This document shows, piece by piece, positions 18,852 through 28,189 of a DNA stretch of 64,000 nucleotides (the stretch's first letter is position 1; every line of letters starts with the position of its first letter). Location: NCBI GenBank assembly GCA_041484665.1, contig JBGPIA010000001.1, positions 96,001-160,000 on the forward strand, given 5' to 3'. The position numbers and the translations under genes are program-made. The DNA comes from Candidatus Krumholzibacteriia bacterium. GTDB taxonomy: Bacteria > Krumholzibacteriota > Krumholzibacteriia > JAJRXK01. The notes beneath the pieces were generated by a model that was given only the letters and a program-made list of their open reading frames with translations, did no database searches and was not told where the DNA came from.

Positions 18852-18916
18852 CAGAACCAGGCAGCGGCGCGCGGCGGCGCCGGGCGGCCAAGCGGGCGAG
18901 CGCGGGAGGAGGAGAC

Positions 18917-20224
18917 GTGGCACGGATCTGCATCGTGGGCAGCGGATACGTCGGGCTGGTCACTGGCGCCTGCTTCGCCGACTTTGGGCACGAGGTGGCG
19001 TGCGTCGACATCAACGCACAGCGCATCGCGACCCTCCAGCGCGGCGACGTCCCGTTCTACGAGCCTGGCCTGGACGTGCTGGTGCGCCGAAACCAAGCCG
19101 CACGCCGGCTGCGCTTCACGACCACCCTGGAGGAGGACGTCGCAGGCGCCGACGTGATCATGATCGCCGTCCAGACGCCCAGCGGCGAGCAGGGTGAGGC
19201 CGATCTCAGCCACGTGCTGTCCGTTGGCCGCCAGGTTGGAACGCTGCTGCCGCCGGACGGTTACCGCGTGATCGTGACCAAGAGCACCGTGCCCGTAGGC
19301 ACCTCGCGCACGCTGGAGCAGGCGGTGCGCGCGGCGGCGCCCCCTGGGGCCGAATTCGACGTGGCGAGCAATCCGGAGTTCCTGCGCGAGGGCAGCGCGA
19401 TCGAGGACTTCATGCGCCCCGACCGCGTCGTGATCGGCGTGCAAACCGAGCGCGCCGGCGACCTGATGCGTGAGCTCTACCGCCCACTCTTCCTGCTCGA
19501 GACGCCCATCGTGGTGACCTCAATCCAGTCGGCAGAGCTCGTCAAGTACGCCAGCAATGCCTTCCTGGCGGTGAAGATCAGCTTCATCAATGAGATCGCC
19601 AATCTCTGCGAGCGGGTGGGCGCCGATGTGGGCGTGGTCGCCCGCACCATGGGGCTGGACCGGCGGATCGGGTCCAAGTTCCTCCACGCAGGGTTGGGCT
19701 TCGGCGGCTCCTGCCTGCCCAAGGACACCCGCGCCATCACGTATATGGCGCAGGAGCACGGCGAGCAGATGGGGCTCGTCGAGGCGGCGATCCGCGTGAA
19801 CGAGCAGCGCGTGGTCCGCGCCGTGCAGAAGTTGGAGGAGCTGGGCGGCGACCTGAAGGGCCGCACCGTGGCCCTGCTCGGGCTGGCCTTCAAGCCCAAC
19901 ACCGACGATCTGCGCGAGGCCCCCAGCCTGCGTCTGATCCCCATGCTGCGCGAGCGTGGCGCGCGCGTGCGCGCCTGCGATCCCGAGGCGACGCAGTCGG
20001 CGCTGCGCATCTTCCCAGACCTGGAGACTTGCGACGATGTCTACGAGTGCGCGCGCGCAGCGGATGCGTGCATGCTCGTGACCGAATGGAATCCCTACCG
20101 CGAGATCGATCTGGCACGGCTGAAGGCCGTCATGCGCGGCAACGTGTTCGTCGACTGCCGCAATGTCTACCCACCTCACCGCATGCGTGCCCTGGGCTTC
20201 CACTACGAGAGCTTCGGGCGCTGA
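18917..20224 (+). CDS. ugd: UDP-glucose/GDP-mannose 6-dehydrogenase
   Basis: GGAGGAGG RBS; IVGSGYVGL, KSTVPVGT, SNPEFLREG, GFGGSCLPKD, GLAFKPNTDDLRE. Confidence 0.95.
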   Translation: MARICIVGSGYVGLVTGACFADFGHEVACVDINAQRIATLQRGDVPFYEPGLDVLVRRNQAARRLRFTTTLEEDVAGADVIMIAVQTPSGEQGEADLSHVLSVGRQVGTLLPPDGYRVIVTKSTVPVGTSRTLEQAVRAAAPPGAEFDVASNPEFLREGSAIEDFMRPDRVVIGVQTERAGDLMRELYRPLFLLETPIVVTSIQSAELVKYASNAFLAVKISFINEIANLCERVGADVGVVARTMGLDRRIGSKFLHAGLGFGGSCLPKDTRAITYMAQEHGEQMGLVEAAIRVNEQRVVRAVQKLEELGGDLKGRTVALLGLAFKPNTDDLREAPSLRLIPMLRERGARVRACDPEATQSALRIFPDLETCDDVYECARAADACMLVTEWNPYREIDLARLKAVMRGNVFVDCRNVYPPHRMRALGFHYESFGR

Positions 20225-20429
20225 CCCCACCGCCCCGTATCCGGCGCGGGGCGCCGCTGGGGCCCCGGCTCAAAGCGACTCCGCGCCCGGCGCGCCCGCC
20301 GGGGCGGCGCAGCGACCGGCGGAAATCCTTGACCGGCCGGTGGGCCAGGGGTACACCCTTGGCGGCTTGTCGCGCGGCCCGCGCGTTCCTCGCGGGTAGG
20401 CCTGTGGCGCCCCAAGGGATGGTCGACGC

Positions 20430-21668
20430 TTGCACGTCTCCGCCGCCGTCTTCGGGTTCAGCCTGGCTTGCATTTTCTCGCTGGCGCTGACTCCCCTGGT
20501 GAGGCTGCTGGCGGTGCGCCGGCAGCTCCAGGATCTCCCTGGCCCCCACAAGATCCACCGTGTGGCGCGACCGCTCGTGGGAGGGCTGGCGATCTACGCC
20601 GCGCTGGCCCTCTCGCTGCTGGCCACGGCCTATGCCTTTCCGCACCTCGAAGAGAGCTTCCGCGCGCTGGCCCGCGCCGTGGTCGTGGCTGGCGGCCTGG
20701 TGGTCGTCCTGGGGCTGATCGATGATCTGCAGGGCAGCCGCCCGTGGAAGAAGCTGCTCACGCAGGCGCTGGCTGTCGGCGTGGTCCAGGTCCACGTGGA
20801 CGTCCTCGGGCTGGGCTGGACAACTTCGGCCGGACCGCTCCCGATGCTGGTCGCCATCGCATTGGTCGTTCCTTGGGTGGTGGGCGTGACCAACGCCATG
20901 AACCTGATCGACGGCCTCGACGGGCTCGCCTCGGGCGTGGCGGCAGCCAGCGGGTTGGGGCTCTTGGCGCTGGGGTGGGCCCTGGGCCAGCCGGTGCCGG
21001 CGGTGGTGGCGGCGGTCGTGGTCGGCGCGGCCCTGGGCTTCCTGCGCAGCAACGCCCACCCCGCGAAGATCTTCATGGGCGACACGGGCAGCATGTTCCT
21101 GGGCTTCGTGCTCGCGATCCTGGGCGCCCGCCTCTTCCACAGTCGCCCCCAGCCTCTGACGCTGCTGGCGCTGATCCTGATCTTGTGGGTTCCCTGCATT
21201 GACGCCGTCTACGCGGTCCTACGGCGCTGGGCGGGCCGGCGCAGCATCTTCCGACCGGATCGTGGCCACATCCACCATCGCCTGCTGGACGCCGGTCTCT
21301 CGCAGCGCAGCGCAGGCCTCGCGCTGTGCTGCCTGTCGGCGCTGGGCGCGCTGGCCGGAGTGCAGGTCGGCCGCGGGCAGAGCCCGCTGCCCTGGACCGG
21401 CTCGGTGCTGCTGGCCACGCTGCCGCTGGCCATCGTGCTGCGGACACGGCGCGCCCAGCCAGCGCTGGCGCCGGGCGCGGCGCTCGGGGCCACGCTGGGT
21501 CCCGCCGCGGCGGCGCGGGTCGCGGGCGCCGCCGTCCGCACTGCCAGCGCGGGGCGCACGGCGGGCAGCCCGGTGCGCGTGCCAGGCGCCACGCCGCCCG
21601 CGGACCAGCAGGCGCTCGAGCCCGCGGCCCTGGCTCCCCAAGCCGTCTCCCAGGATCGGGCCGCCTAG
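20430..21668 (+). CDS. wecA: WecA/TagO-like undecaprenyl-phosphate GlcNAc-1-phosphate transferase
   Basis: GLIDD, NAMNLIDGLDGL, KIFMGDTGS, DRGHIHHRL; multiple TM helices. Confidence 0.9.
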   Translation: MHVSAAVFGFSLACIFSLALTPLVRLLAVRRQLQDLPGPHKIHRVARPLVGGLAIYAALALSLLATAYAFPHLEESFRALARAVVVAGGLVVVLGLIDDLQGSRPWKKLLTQALAVGVVQVHVDVLGLGWTTSAGPLPMLVAIALVVPWVVGVTNAMNLIDGLDGLASGVAAASGLGLLALGWALGQPVPAVVAAVVVGAALGFLRSNAHPAKIFMGDTGSMFLGFVLAILGARLFHSRPQPLTLLALILILWVPCIDAVYAVLRRWAGRRSIFRPDRGHIHHRLLDAGLSQRSAGLALCCLSALGALAGVQVGRGQSPLPWTGSVLLATLPLAIVLRTRRAQPALAPGAALGATLGPAAAARVAGAAVRTASAGRTAGSPVRVPGATPPADQQALEPAALAPQAVSQDRAA

Positions 21669-21765
21669 CCGCTCTTGCGCAAGTGCCCTCCAGCCTGCAA
21701 GGTTGGAGGCGCCACGCTCCCACCGGAGCTCTGCTCGACCCGCGCTTCACATCCGCGCCAGAGGC

Positions 21766-22827
21766 ATGGACGACCGCCCCCTCACCATCGGAGCCCACGA
21801 GGGAGGCCTGGCGCGCGCGCAGGCCGACCGGCTCGTCCACCTGCTGCGCAGGACGCGGCCGAAATACCCCATCCACCTCGAGGTGGTGAGCACCCGCAGG
21901 CCCAAGCCGGAGCACGTCCATTTCGAGCACATCGCCGAGCACCACGGCGCGCAGCGCACGCTGCACAAGCTGCTGCGCGACGGCGAGGTCGACGTGGTGA
22001 TCCACCGCGGCTTCGACCTGAGGGCCCAGTACATGGAGGATCTACAGGTCTCCTCGGTCCTGCAGCGCAGCTCCCCCTACGACGCCCTGCTGTCGGCGGA
22101 CGGGCTCACCCTCGACGAGCTGGAGACCGGCACGCGCGTGGGCATCACGCAGCTGCGCACGCGGGTCCAGCTCATGGAGCACCGCGACGACCTGGAGCTG
22201 GTGCAGCTCTCCGGTGACGTGGGGTCGTGGCTGACAGAGCTGATCGAGAGCCGCATCGAGGCGCTGGTGATGCCCAACGCGGCCCTGGAGCACCTCGGCT
22301 TGCAGGAGCGCGTTTGCGAGATCTTCCCGCCCGAGTTGCTGCTACCGGCACCGGGAGCGGGCGTGTTGGTGTGCGTCACGCGCCGCGACGACCGGACGAC
22401 GGCCGCGCGCCTGACCCCGCTCAATGACGAGGCCACCGCCGCCGAGTACACGGCCGAGGTGGCGGTGATCGAGGCGCTCGCCTGCCGGTGGGAGTCGGCG
22501 ACCGCGGTGCTGGCACAGACGCTCGGCGAGCGGATGCGGGTGTTGGCCATGGTCGCCGGCACGGACGGCGCGCAGATCCTCAGGCAAGGCGTCGAAAGCC
22601 GGGCGGACGATCCACTGGGTCTGGGACGACGGCTGGCGGAGCTGTTGTTCGAGGCGGGTGCCGGCGCGCTGCTGCGTCCGCAGGAGGACGCGCAGGAGAG
22701 CGGCAGCTCGACTGCGATCCTGGTGGCAGCGAGCCAGGGCTTCCGGTGCGGCGAGCTGGACCGCGAGGAATCGGCGCAGCTCGACGAGAGCGACGAATCA
22801 TTTCGCAAGCCGGATGAGGAGGACTGA
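21766..22827 (+). CDS. Hydroxymethylbilane synthase (HemC)-fold protein, catalytic residues largely lost
   Basis: Aligns by eye to HemC (LTIG..LARAQA, GEVDVVIH...D, SPYDALL, LLPAPGAGVL, AE); cofactor Cys and several Arg are missing. Confidence 0.75.
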   Translation: MDDRPLTIGAHEGGLARAQADRLVHLLRRTRPKYPIHLEVVSTRRPKPEHVHFEHIAEHHGAQRTLHKLLRDGEVDVVIHRGFDLRAQYMEDLQVSSVLQRSSPYDALLSADGLTLDELETGTRVGITQLRTRVQLMEHRDDLELVQLSGDVGSWLTELIESRIEALVMPNAALEHLGLQERVCEIFPPELLLPAPGAGVLVCVTRRDDRTTAARLTPLNDEATAAEYTAEVAVIEALACRWESATAVLAQTLGERMRVLAMVAGTDGAQILRQGVESRADDPLGLGRRLAELLFEAGAGALLRPQEDAQESGSSTAILVAASQGFRCGELDREESAQLDESDESFRKPDEED

Positions 22828-22829
22828 CC

Positions 22830-23819
22830 GTGGAGGAGATCCTGGACGTCGTGCTGCTGCTGGCCCTGCCCGCCTCCGGCAAGTCCGAGGTGCGCACGTA
22901 CCTCGCCCACGTGCCAGCCGCGCAGGCCCGCCGCGATTTCCACATGGGCGTGACCCTGCAGCTGGATGACTATCCGTACGTCCACATGATGCGCCGTATC
23001 TCCGAAGAGTTGCGCCGGGGCGGTCACGACGGCGTCTTCTTCGCCAGCCACGACGAGCCGTTCCTGGAGCCGCGTGATTGGGGCACGCTGATCGAGCTGC
23101 TCAACGAGGACTTCGAGGACCTGAAGGCGCTGCGGCGCATCGAGGTGGCATCGGCAGCGGCGTGGTTGTTCGAACGATTTGACGCGTCGCGACGGAAGGT
23201 GGGAGCGAATCCGGAGCTGGGACTGTTGCCGGCACGGTTGCGCGCTGCGTTGGTCGATGCCCTCGAGCCGGAGGCGCGCAGACTCCTGGCGGACAAACTG
23301 GCGGCGTACCCGCCCCATCCGGCGGACTTGCAGGGCAGTACGATCGTCGCCGAGTTCGCCCGCGGCGGCCCGCAGGGAACCAGCATGCCGCTGCCGGCGC
23401 CCCTGGGCTATCAGTACTCACTCGCGCGGCTGTCGGACGCGATCCTCGCGCGGGCGTCGATCCTGTACGTGTGGGTGACGCCGGAAGAGTCCCGCCGCAA
23501 GAACGAGCAGCGCGCCCGCCCGGGCCGCGCGGGCGATGCCTCGATCCTCCACCATGGCGTACCCATCAAGGTGATGCTGGGCGACTACGGAGTGGACGAC
23601 CTGGCGTATCTGATCGATACGAGCGACCGGGCGGGGACCGTCCGGGTGGAGACGCGCGGGCGGACGTTTCACCTGCCCGTGGCGCGCTTCGACAACCGGG
23701 TGGACAAGACCTCGTTCATCCGCGAGGACCCCGGCCGGTGGACGCCGGAGCACATTGACGCGGTCCACGCCGGGCTGCAGGGGGCCCTCGAAGAACTCGC
23801 GAAGGCGCGCCGCACGTAA
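22830..23819 (+). CDS. Hypothetical P-loop protein (NMP-kinase-like topology)
   Basis: N-terminal hydrophobic strand plus ALPASGKS Walker A; LDDY; ILYVWVTPEESRRKN; clear coding-like ORF starting 2 nt after the upstream stop. Confidence 0.75.
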   Translation: MEEILDVVLLLALPASGKSEVRTYLAHVPAAQARRDFHMGVTLQLDDYPYVHMMRRISEELRRGGHDGVFFASHDEPFLEPRDWGTLIELLNEDFEDLKALRRIEVASAAAWLFERFDASRRKVGANPELGLLPARLRAALVDALEPEARRLLADKLAAYPPHPADLQGSTIVAEFARGGPQGTSMPLPAPLGYQYSLARLSDAILARASILYVWVTPEESRRKNEQRARPGRAGDASILHHGVPIKVMLGDYGVDDLAYLIDTSDRAGTVRVETRGRTFHLPVARFDNRVDKTSFIREDPGRWTPEHIDAVHAGLQGALEELAKARRT

Positions 23820-24236
23820 CCGGTGTGACGGGTGTGACGGACGCTGCCGCAGGGGCGTGGCCCCAGCGCCCCGTATCCGTCTGCGAGCCAGAGTCGTCTC
23901 CACGGTGTGACGGCAACAGCAGGCGGCCGGTGCTTCACCGCAACGTTGATCTTCCGGACGATGGCCGCATGGGTGGAGCAGGCCCGCGCTTCGGATCGAT
24001 CGTAAGCAGCGCAGCGCCAGCTCGACCTGCCGCCGATCGCTTGCGATCCGCCGCTTCGCCTTCCCAGCCCAGTCCAACTCAAGCGCAGCCAGGCGCGGGC
24101 GGCTGGCCACCACCGATCTGCTGAGCTGGGGCCTGGGGCGGGGGGCCCCCGCGGGGTACGGGTACCTCCACGGCAACCCCTGGCGCCGGCGCCCCGGCCG
24201 GCCGGGTGCAACCTGTCGGGCCCCTTGTCCGTTTAC

Positions 24237-24263
24237 ACTGACCGGAAGGACAAATCGGTCAGT
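24237..24263. promoter_or_regulatory. Palindromic putative TetR operator
   Basis: ACTGACCG-N11-CGGTCAGT perfect inverted repeat 14 nt upstream of the tetR start. Confidence 0.7.
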
Positions 24264-24277
24264 ATTCCGGAGACCCC

Positions 24278-24925
24278 ATGCCCGGTCCGATTCCCGACCC
24301 CACAGTCCGTTCGCGTCTGTTGGACGTGGCCGACCGCCTGCTCGCGCGGGACGGCTATCGATGCATGACCATCGACGCGGTGGCCGCGGAATCGGGCGTC
24401 GGCAAGGGCTCGGTCTACCTGCATTTCCGCAGCAAAGAGGACCTGGCGCTGTCCTGCATCGACCGCATGGCCGGACGCATCGTCGCTCGGCTCGAGGCGA
24501 TCGCCGCGCGACGCGCCTCGGCGACCGCCCGCCTGCGCGCCATGCTCACGGCGCGAGTGCTCGAGCGCTTCGATTACGCCTGCAAGCACGCGGCGAGCCT
24601 CGATGCGCTGTTGGCGGCAGTACGTCCCCGGCTGCTGGCGCACCGGGCGGAGCACTTCGGCGCCGAGGCCGACGTTTTCGCGCGCGTGCTGGCCGAAGGT
24701 GGCCGTGACGGCACGCTGCGGGCCGTGCCGGCGGCGTCCACCGCCTGGGCACTGGTCACCGCGACCAACGCCCTGCTGCCATACAGCCTCAGCGCCGCCG
24801 AGTTGGGACGGCGCCCGCAACTGCAACGCCGCACCGCCGCGCTGGCGGCGTTGCTCTTGCGCGGTTTGCTGGCCCCGACGTCTTCACGCACCACTCCATC
24901 CCCACTCCGACGGAGGTCGTCATGA
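24278..24925 (+). CDS. TetR/AcrR-family transcriptional regulator
   Basis: RLLDVADRLLARDGY..TIDAVAAESGVGKGSVYLHFRSKEDL HTH. Confidence 0.92.
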   Translation: MPGPIPDPTVRSRLLDVADRLLARDGYRCMTIDAVAAESGVGKGSVYLHFRSKEDLALSCIDRMAGRIVARLEAIAARRASATARLRAMLTARVLERFDYACKHAASLDALLAAVRPRLLAHRAEHFGAEADVFARVLAEGGRDGTLRAVPAASTAWALVTATNALLPYSLSAAELGRRPQLQRRTAALAALLLRGLLAPTSSRTTPSPLRRRSS

Positions 24926-26055
24926 AGTTCCGGATGCTCTCGTTGCTTCCCATGGCCCTGCTCGGCGCGGCACCCGCGTACGCTCAGTTCGCCCCCCCAG
25001 GCCCTGCGCAGGCCGATATGGCCATCGACGCCGAGGTGCGGACGGCGGTCGTCGATACGCTCACGGAGCGGCTCACCCGCCTCTACCTGTTCCCAGACCA
25101 GGGCAAGACCATCGCCCGGGCGCTCCACAAGCGCCTGGCAGCGCACGAGTACGACCGCGTGACCAGCGCCCGGGAGTTCGCCGACTCGCTCACACAGCAC
25201 CTGCGCGCCGCAAACCACGATCTCCACCTGCGGGTGGGCTACCGGCAGCAAACGTTGCCGATGCTCGATGCGCAAGGCGTGCCCAACGAGGAGGAGCGGC
25301 GCAAGGAGCACGAGCTGGAGCGGCGACTCAACTTCGGCTTCGAGCAGCTGCGCCGCATGCCCGGCAACGTCGGCTATCTCGACCTGCGCATGTTCTCGGG
25401 CGATCCGGCCGCACAGGAGGTTGCCGTCGCGACGATGAACTGGCTGGCGAACACCGACGCGCTGATCATCGACCTGCGACGCAACGGAGGCGGTGACCCC
25501 GTGCTGCTCAACACGATCGTCACGTACCTTACGCCCACCGGCTCCCGGCTGCACATTAACGACTTCTACCAACGGGACGGTGACCGCATTGAGCAGTTCT
25601 ACACCTCCCCCTACCTGCCCGGCCCACGCTATACCGGCAAGCCGGTCTACGTACTGACCAGTCACTTGACGGGTTCGTGCGCCGAGGAGTTCGCGTACGA
25701 CGTGCAGAACATGAAGCTCGCCACTCTCATGGGGACGACGACCGCCGGTGCGGCGCATCCGGGCGGAATGGTCCGCCTGAGCGAGCACTTCGCGGCGTTC
25801 ATCCCCACCGGGCGGCCGATCAACCCGGTCACGAAGACCGACTGGGAAGGCGTCGGCGTGAAGCCGGAACTGCAGGTGCCGCCGGCAGACGCGCTGCGCG
25901 AAGCGCACGTGGCGTTGCTGAAGGTGCTGCGCGAGAAGGCGGGCGCCGATGTCGAGCGGGTTGCGCGCTACGACCGGGCAATGGAGGAGGCCAAGCAGGC
26001 GCCAGCAGAGCCGGCGGACGACTTCGAGCGCCATGGTCCGCACGCGCCGCGTTGA
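24922..26055 (+). CDS. S41-family peptidase (IRBP-like), secreted
   Basis: Signal peptide; NVGYL, LIIDLRRNGGG, TGSCAEEF, GTTTAGAAHP, WEGVGVKP. Confidence 0.9.
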   Translation: MKFRMLSLLPMALLGAAPAYAQFAPPGPAQADMAIDAEVRTAVVDTLTERLTRLYLFPDQGKTIARALHKRLAAHEYDRVTSAREFADSLTQHLRAANHDLHLRVGYRQQTLPMLDAQGVPNEEERRKEHELERRLNFGFEQLRRMPGNVGYLDLRMFSGDPAAQEVAVATMNWLANTDALIIDLRRNGGGDPVLLNTIVTYLTPTGSRLHINDFYQRDGDRIEQFYTSPYLPGPRYTGKPVYVLTSHLTGSCAEEFAYDVQNMKLATLMGTTTAGAAHPGGMVRLSEHFAAFIPTGRPINPVTKTDWEGVGVKPELQVPPADALREAHVALLKVLREKAGADVERVARYDRAMEEAKQAPAEPADDFERHGPHAPR

Positions 26056-26219
26056 TGCCGAGGTGGCATGCACGCGTCCCGCCTTCCGCGAGCCGGGGGG
26101 ACGGCGCTCCAGTTCGGCCGGTAAGGGGCTGCGTCGGCGGCGTCCAGTGCGGTCACCGGCGGCGCGTACGTGGCCTGCAGCGAAGGAGAGGTGAAGGGCC
26201 TGGCAGGGCAGAGCCTGTG

Positions 26220-27254
26220 TCATGCGTCGGTCGCGCGCTGCGACATGCGCATCGCCGCGACGCTGCTGGCGCCATGCCCAGAGAAGGCGGCGGCCAGCTC
26301 ACCGACGAGCCGATTCCCCAGATCCGGCTCCGCGAACAACTGCGTCCCGACCTGCACACCGCTGGCGCCTACCACGAGGAACGAGAGGACGTCGTCCACG
26401 CACGTGATCCCGCCCACGCCGATGATCGGGAGCGAGACGGCCTGGGCAACCTCCCACACCTTGGCCAGGGCGATGGGCAGGATCGCCGGGCCGCTGTAGC
26501 CGGCGGTGCCGCGTGGAAAAACCGGCCGGCGCTCCTTCAGATCGACCGCCAGCCCGAGCACGGTGTTGATGCAGGTCACCGCGTCGGCGCCGGCACGCTC
26601 GGCAGCCTGGGCGAGCTGCGCGATCGACGTGACGTTGGGCGTCAGCTTCACCCACAGCGCCTTGTCCGTGGGCAGAGCCGTGCGCGAAAGCTGGGTGATG
26701 CGAGCGACGCAGTCGCGGTCGGTGCCGAAGTCCAGCCCGCCGTGGGCGACGTTGGGGCAGCTCAGGTTCAGCTCGACGGCGTCCCAGCCGCCGTGGCGGG
26801 AGAGCTCGCGGATCATGGTGGCGAACTCCACCTCCTCGCGCCCGGCCAGGCTCACGATCACGCGCACACGTCGCTCGCGCAGCTGGGGTAGCTTCTCGCG
26901 CACGAACGCAGCCAGTCCCACGTTCTCCAGGCCGATCGAGTTGAGCATCCCGTGGGGCAGCTCGCGCACGCGCGGCTGGGGATTGCCGGCGCGCGGTTCG
27001 ACGGTGATGGTCTTGGTGACGACTCCGCCCAGCTCAGCGGGATCGACGAGGTCGAGGAAGTCCAGCCCGTAGCCCCAAGTGCCCGAAGCGGTGAAGATCG
27101 GGTTGGCGAACGTCACCGGACCAGTGCGGACGCTCAGGTCGACGCGCGAAGGGTCGCCGGACCCGCCCGGCGTCGCCCCGGCCGCAGGCGCAGCCGGCGG
27201 AGTCACGGAACGCGCCCCCCAGGTGCCTTCGCGATCGCGCGGAAGCTCAGCCAT
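26220..27254 (-). CDS. pyrD: Dihydroorotate dehydrogenase class 1B catalytic subunit
   Basis: NPIFTASGT, GNPQPR, LNSIGLEN, ELNLSCPNV, VKLTPNV, INT, GYSG, IIGVGGI. Confidence 0.95.
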   Translation of the reverse strand: MAELPRDREGTWGARSVTPPAAPAAGATPGGSGDPSRVDLSVRTGPVTFANPIFTASGTWGYGLDFLDLVDPAELGGVVTKTITVEPRAGNPQPRVRELPHGMLNSIGLENVGLAAFVREKLPQLRERRVRVIVSLAGREEVEFATMIRELSRHGGWDAVELNLSCPNVAHGGLDFGTDRDCVARITQLSRTALPTDKALWVKLTPNVTSIAQLAQAAERAGADAVTCINTVLGLAVDLKERRPVFPRGTAGYSGPAILPIALAKVWEVAQAVSLPIIGVGGITCVDDVLSFLVVGASGVQVGTQLFAEPDLGNRLVGELAAAFSGHGASSVAAMRMSQRATDA

Positions 27255-28170
27255 AGGCGATCTCCTCGAGGCGGAATACCGGGCCCTCCTTGCAGACGGT
27301 ACGCATGCGACTCTCGCAGGCGTCGGGCACGACGCACGCGCGGCAAACGCCGGCGCCGCACCCCATCTGCGCTTCCAGGCAGAGCCACAGCGGCACGTTG
27401 CTCTGCCGGCAGGTGCGCGCCACCTCACGCATCATGGGCGTTGGTCCGCAGGTGGCCACGACCGCGTCGGGCTGCTGCTCGAGCGCCTCACGCAGACCGT
27501 CGGTGACCATGCCCTGGCGCATGCCCGCGGCACGGTCGGGCTCCCGTTCGACCCACAGCCGCCAGTTGTCGCTGCGGCGGTCGAACAGCTCCGTGGGGAT
27601 ATCGGAGGGAGTGCGCGCGCCAAACAGGCCCAGCGGCGCTGGGGTGCTGGCGGAGGCAAGCCGCTCGGCTGCGAGCTCGCGTGCCAACAGGTGCAACGGC
27701 ACGATCCCGACGCCGCCCGCCACCATCACGAGGGGGCCCGCGCGCAACTGTGGGTCGTCGAACGGGCGCCCCAACGGCGCGAACACCCGCACCCGGTCGC
27801 CGGCCGACAGCTTCGCGAGCGCGCGCGAGCCCCGGCCAACGGCCTTGACCAGGATCTCCATGGCGCCCGGCCCGGCCCGCTCGCTCAGCTCGCCCGTCCC
27901 GGCCATCGCCCTGGGTCCGCCGGGTCGGCCCAGGCGGCCCGGGGCCGGCGGCTTGTAGTCGAGGATGCTGAATGGCCGTCCGAGCAGACAGCCGGCGCGC
28001 AGCGGGTGCACCATGGCGAACTGGCCGGCGCGCGGCATCTGCTGCAGGTCGACGTCGATGGTGAGGATGACGGTGTCGTGCGCCACCGTGCGATTGCCGC
28101 GCACCGCGCAGATGCCCAGCGTGCGCCGCGGGGCCAGCTCAGCGGAGGCCGTCGCGCCGGGATCGCTCAC
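27247..28170 (-). CDS. pyrK: Dihydroorotate dehydrogenase electron transfer subunit
   Basis: GQFAM, RPFSI, PLGRPF, AGGVGIVP, TCGPTPMM, MGCGAGVCRAC..VCKEGPVF [2Fe-2S] motif; adjacent to pyrD. Confidence 0.9.
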   Translation of the reverse strand: MSDPGATASAELAPRRTLGICAVRGNRTVAHDTVILTIDVDLQQMPRAGQFAMVHPLRAGCLLGRPFSILDYKPPAPGRLGRPGGPRAMAGTGELSERAGPGAMEILVKAVGRGSRALAKLSAGDRVRVFAPLGRPFDDPQLRAGPLVMVAGGVGIVPLHLLARELAAERLASASTPAPLGLFGARTPSDIPTELFDRRSDNWRLWVEREPDRAAGMRQGMVTDGLREALEQQPDAVVATCGPTPMMREVARTCRQSNVPLWLCLEAQMGCGAGVCRACVVPDACESRMRTVCKEGPVFRLEEIAYG

Positions 28171-28189
28171 GGGTCGCCCATCGGCCCAC

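Noticed and set aside
23820..24230. ORFs in the 450-bp gap and a GTGTGACGG tandem repeat
   Set aside because: No RBS, motif or coding-like pattern; the repeat has only two short copies
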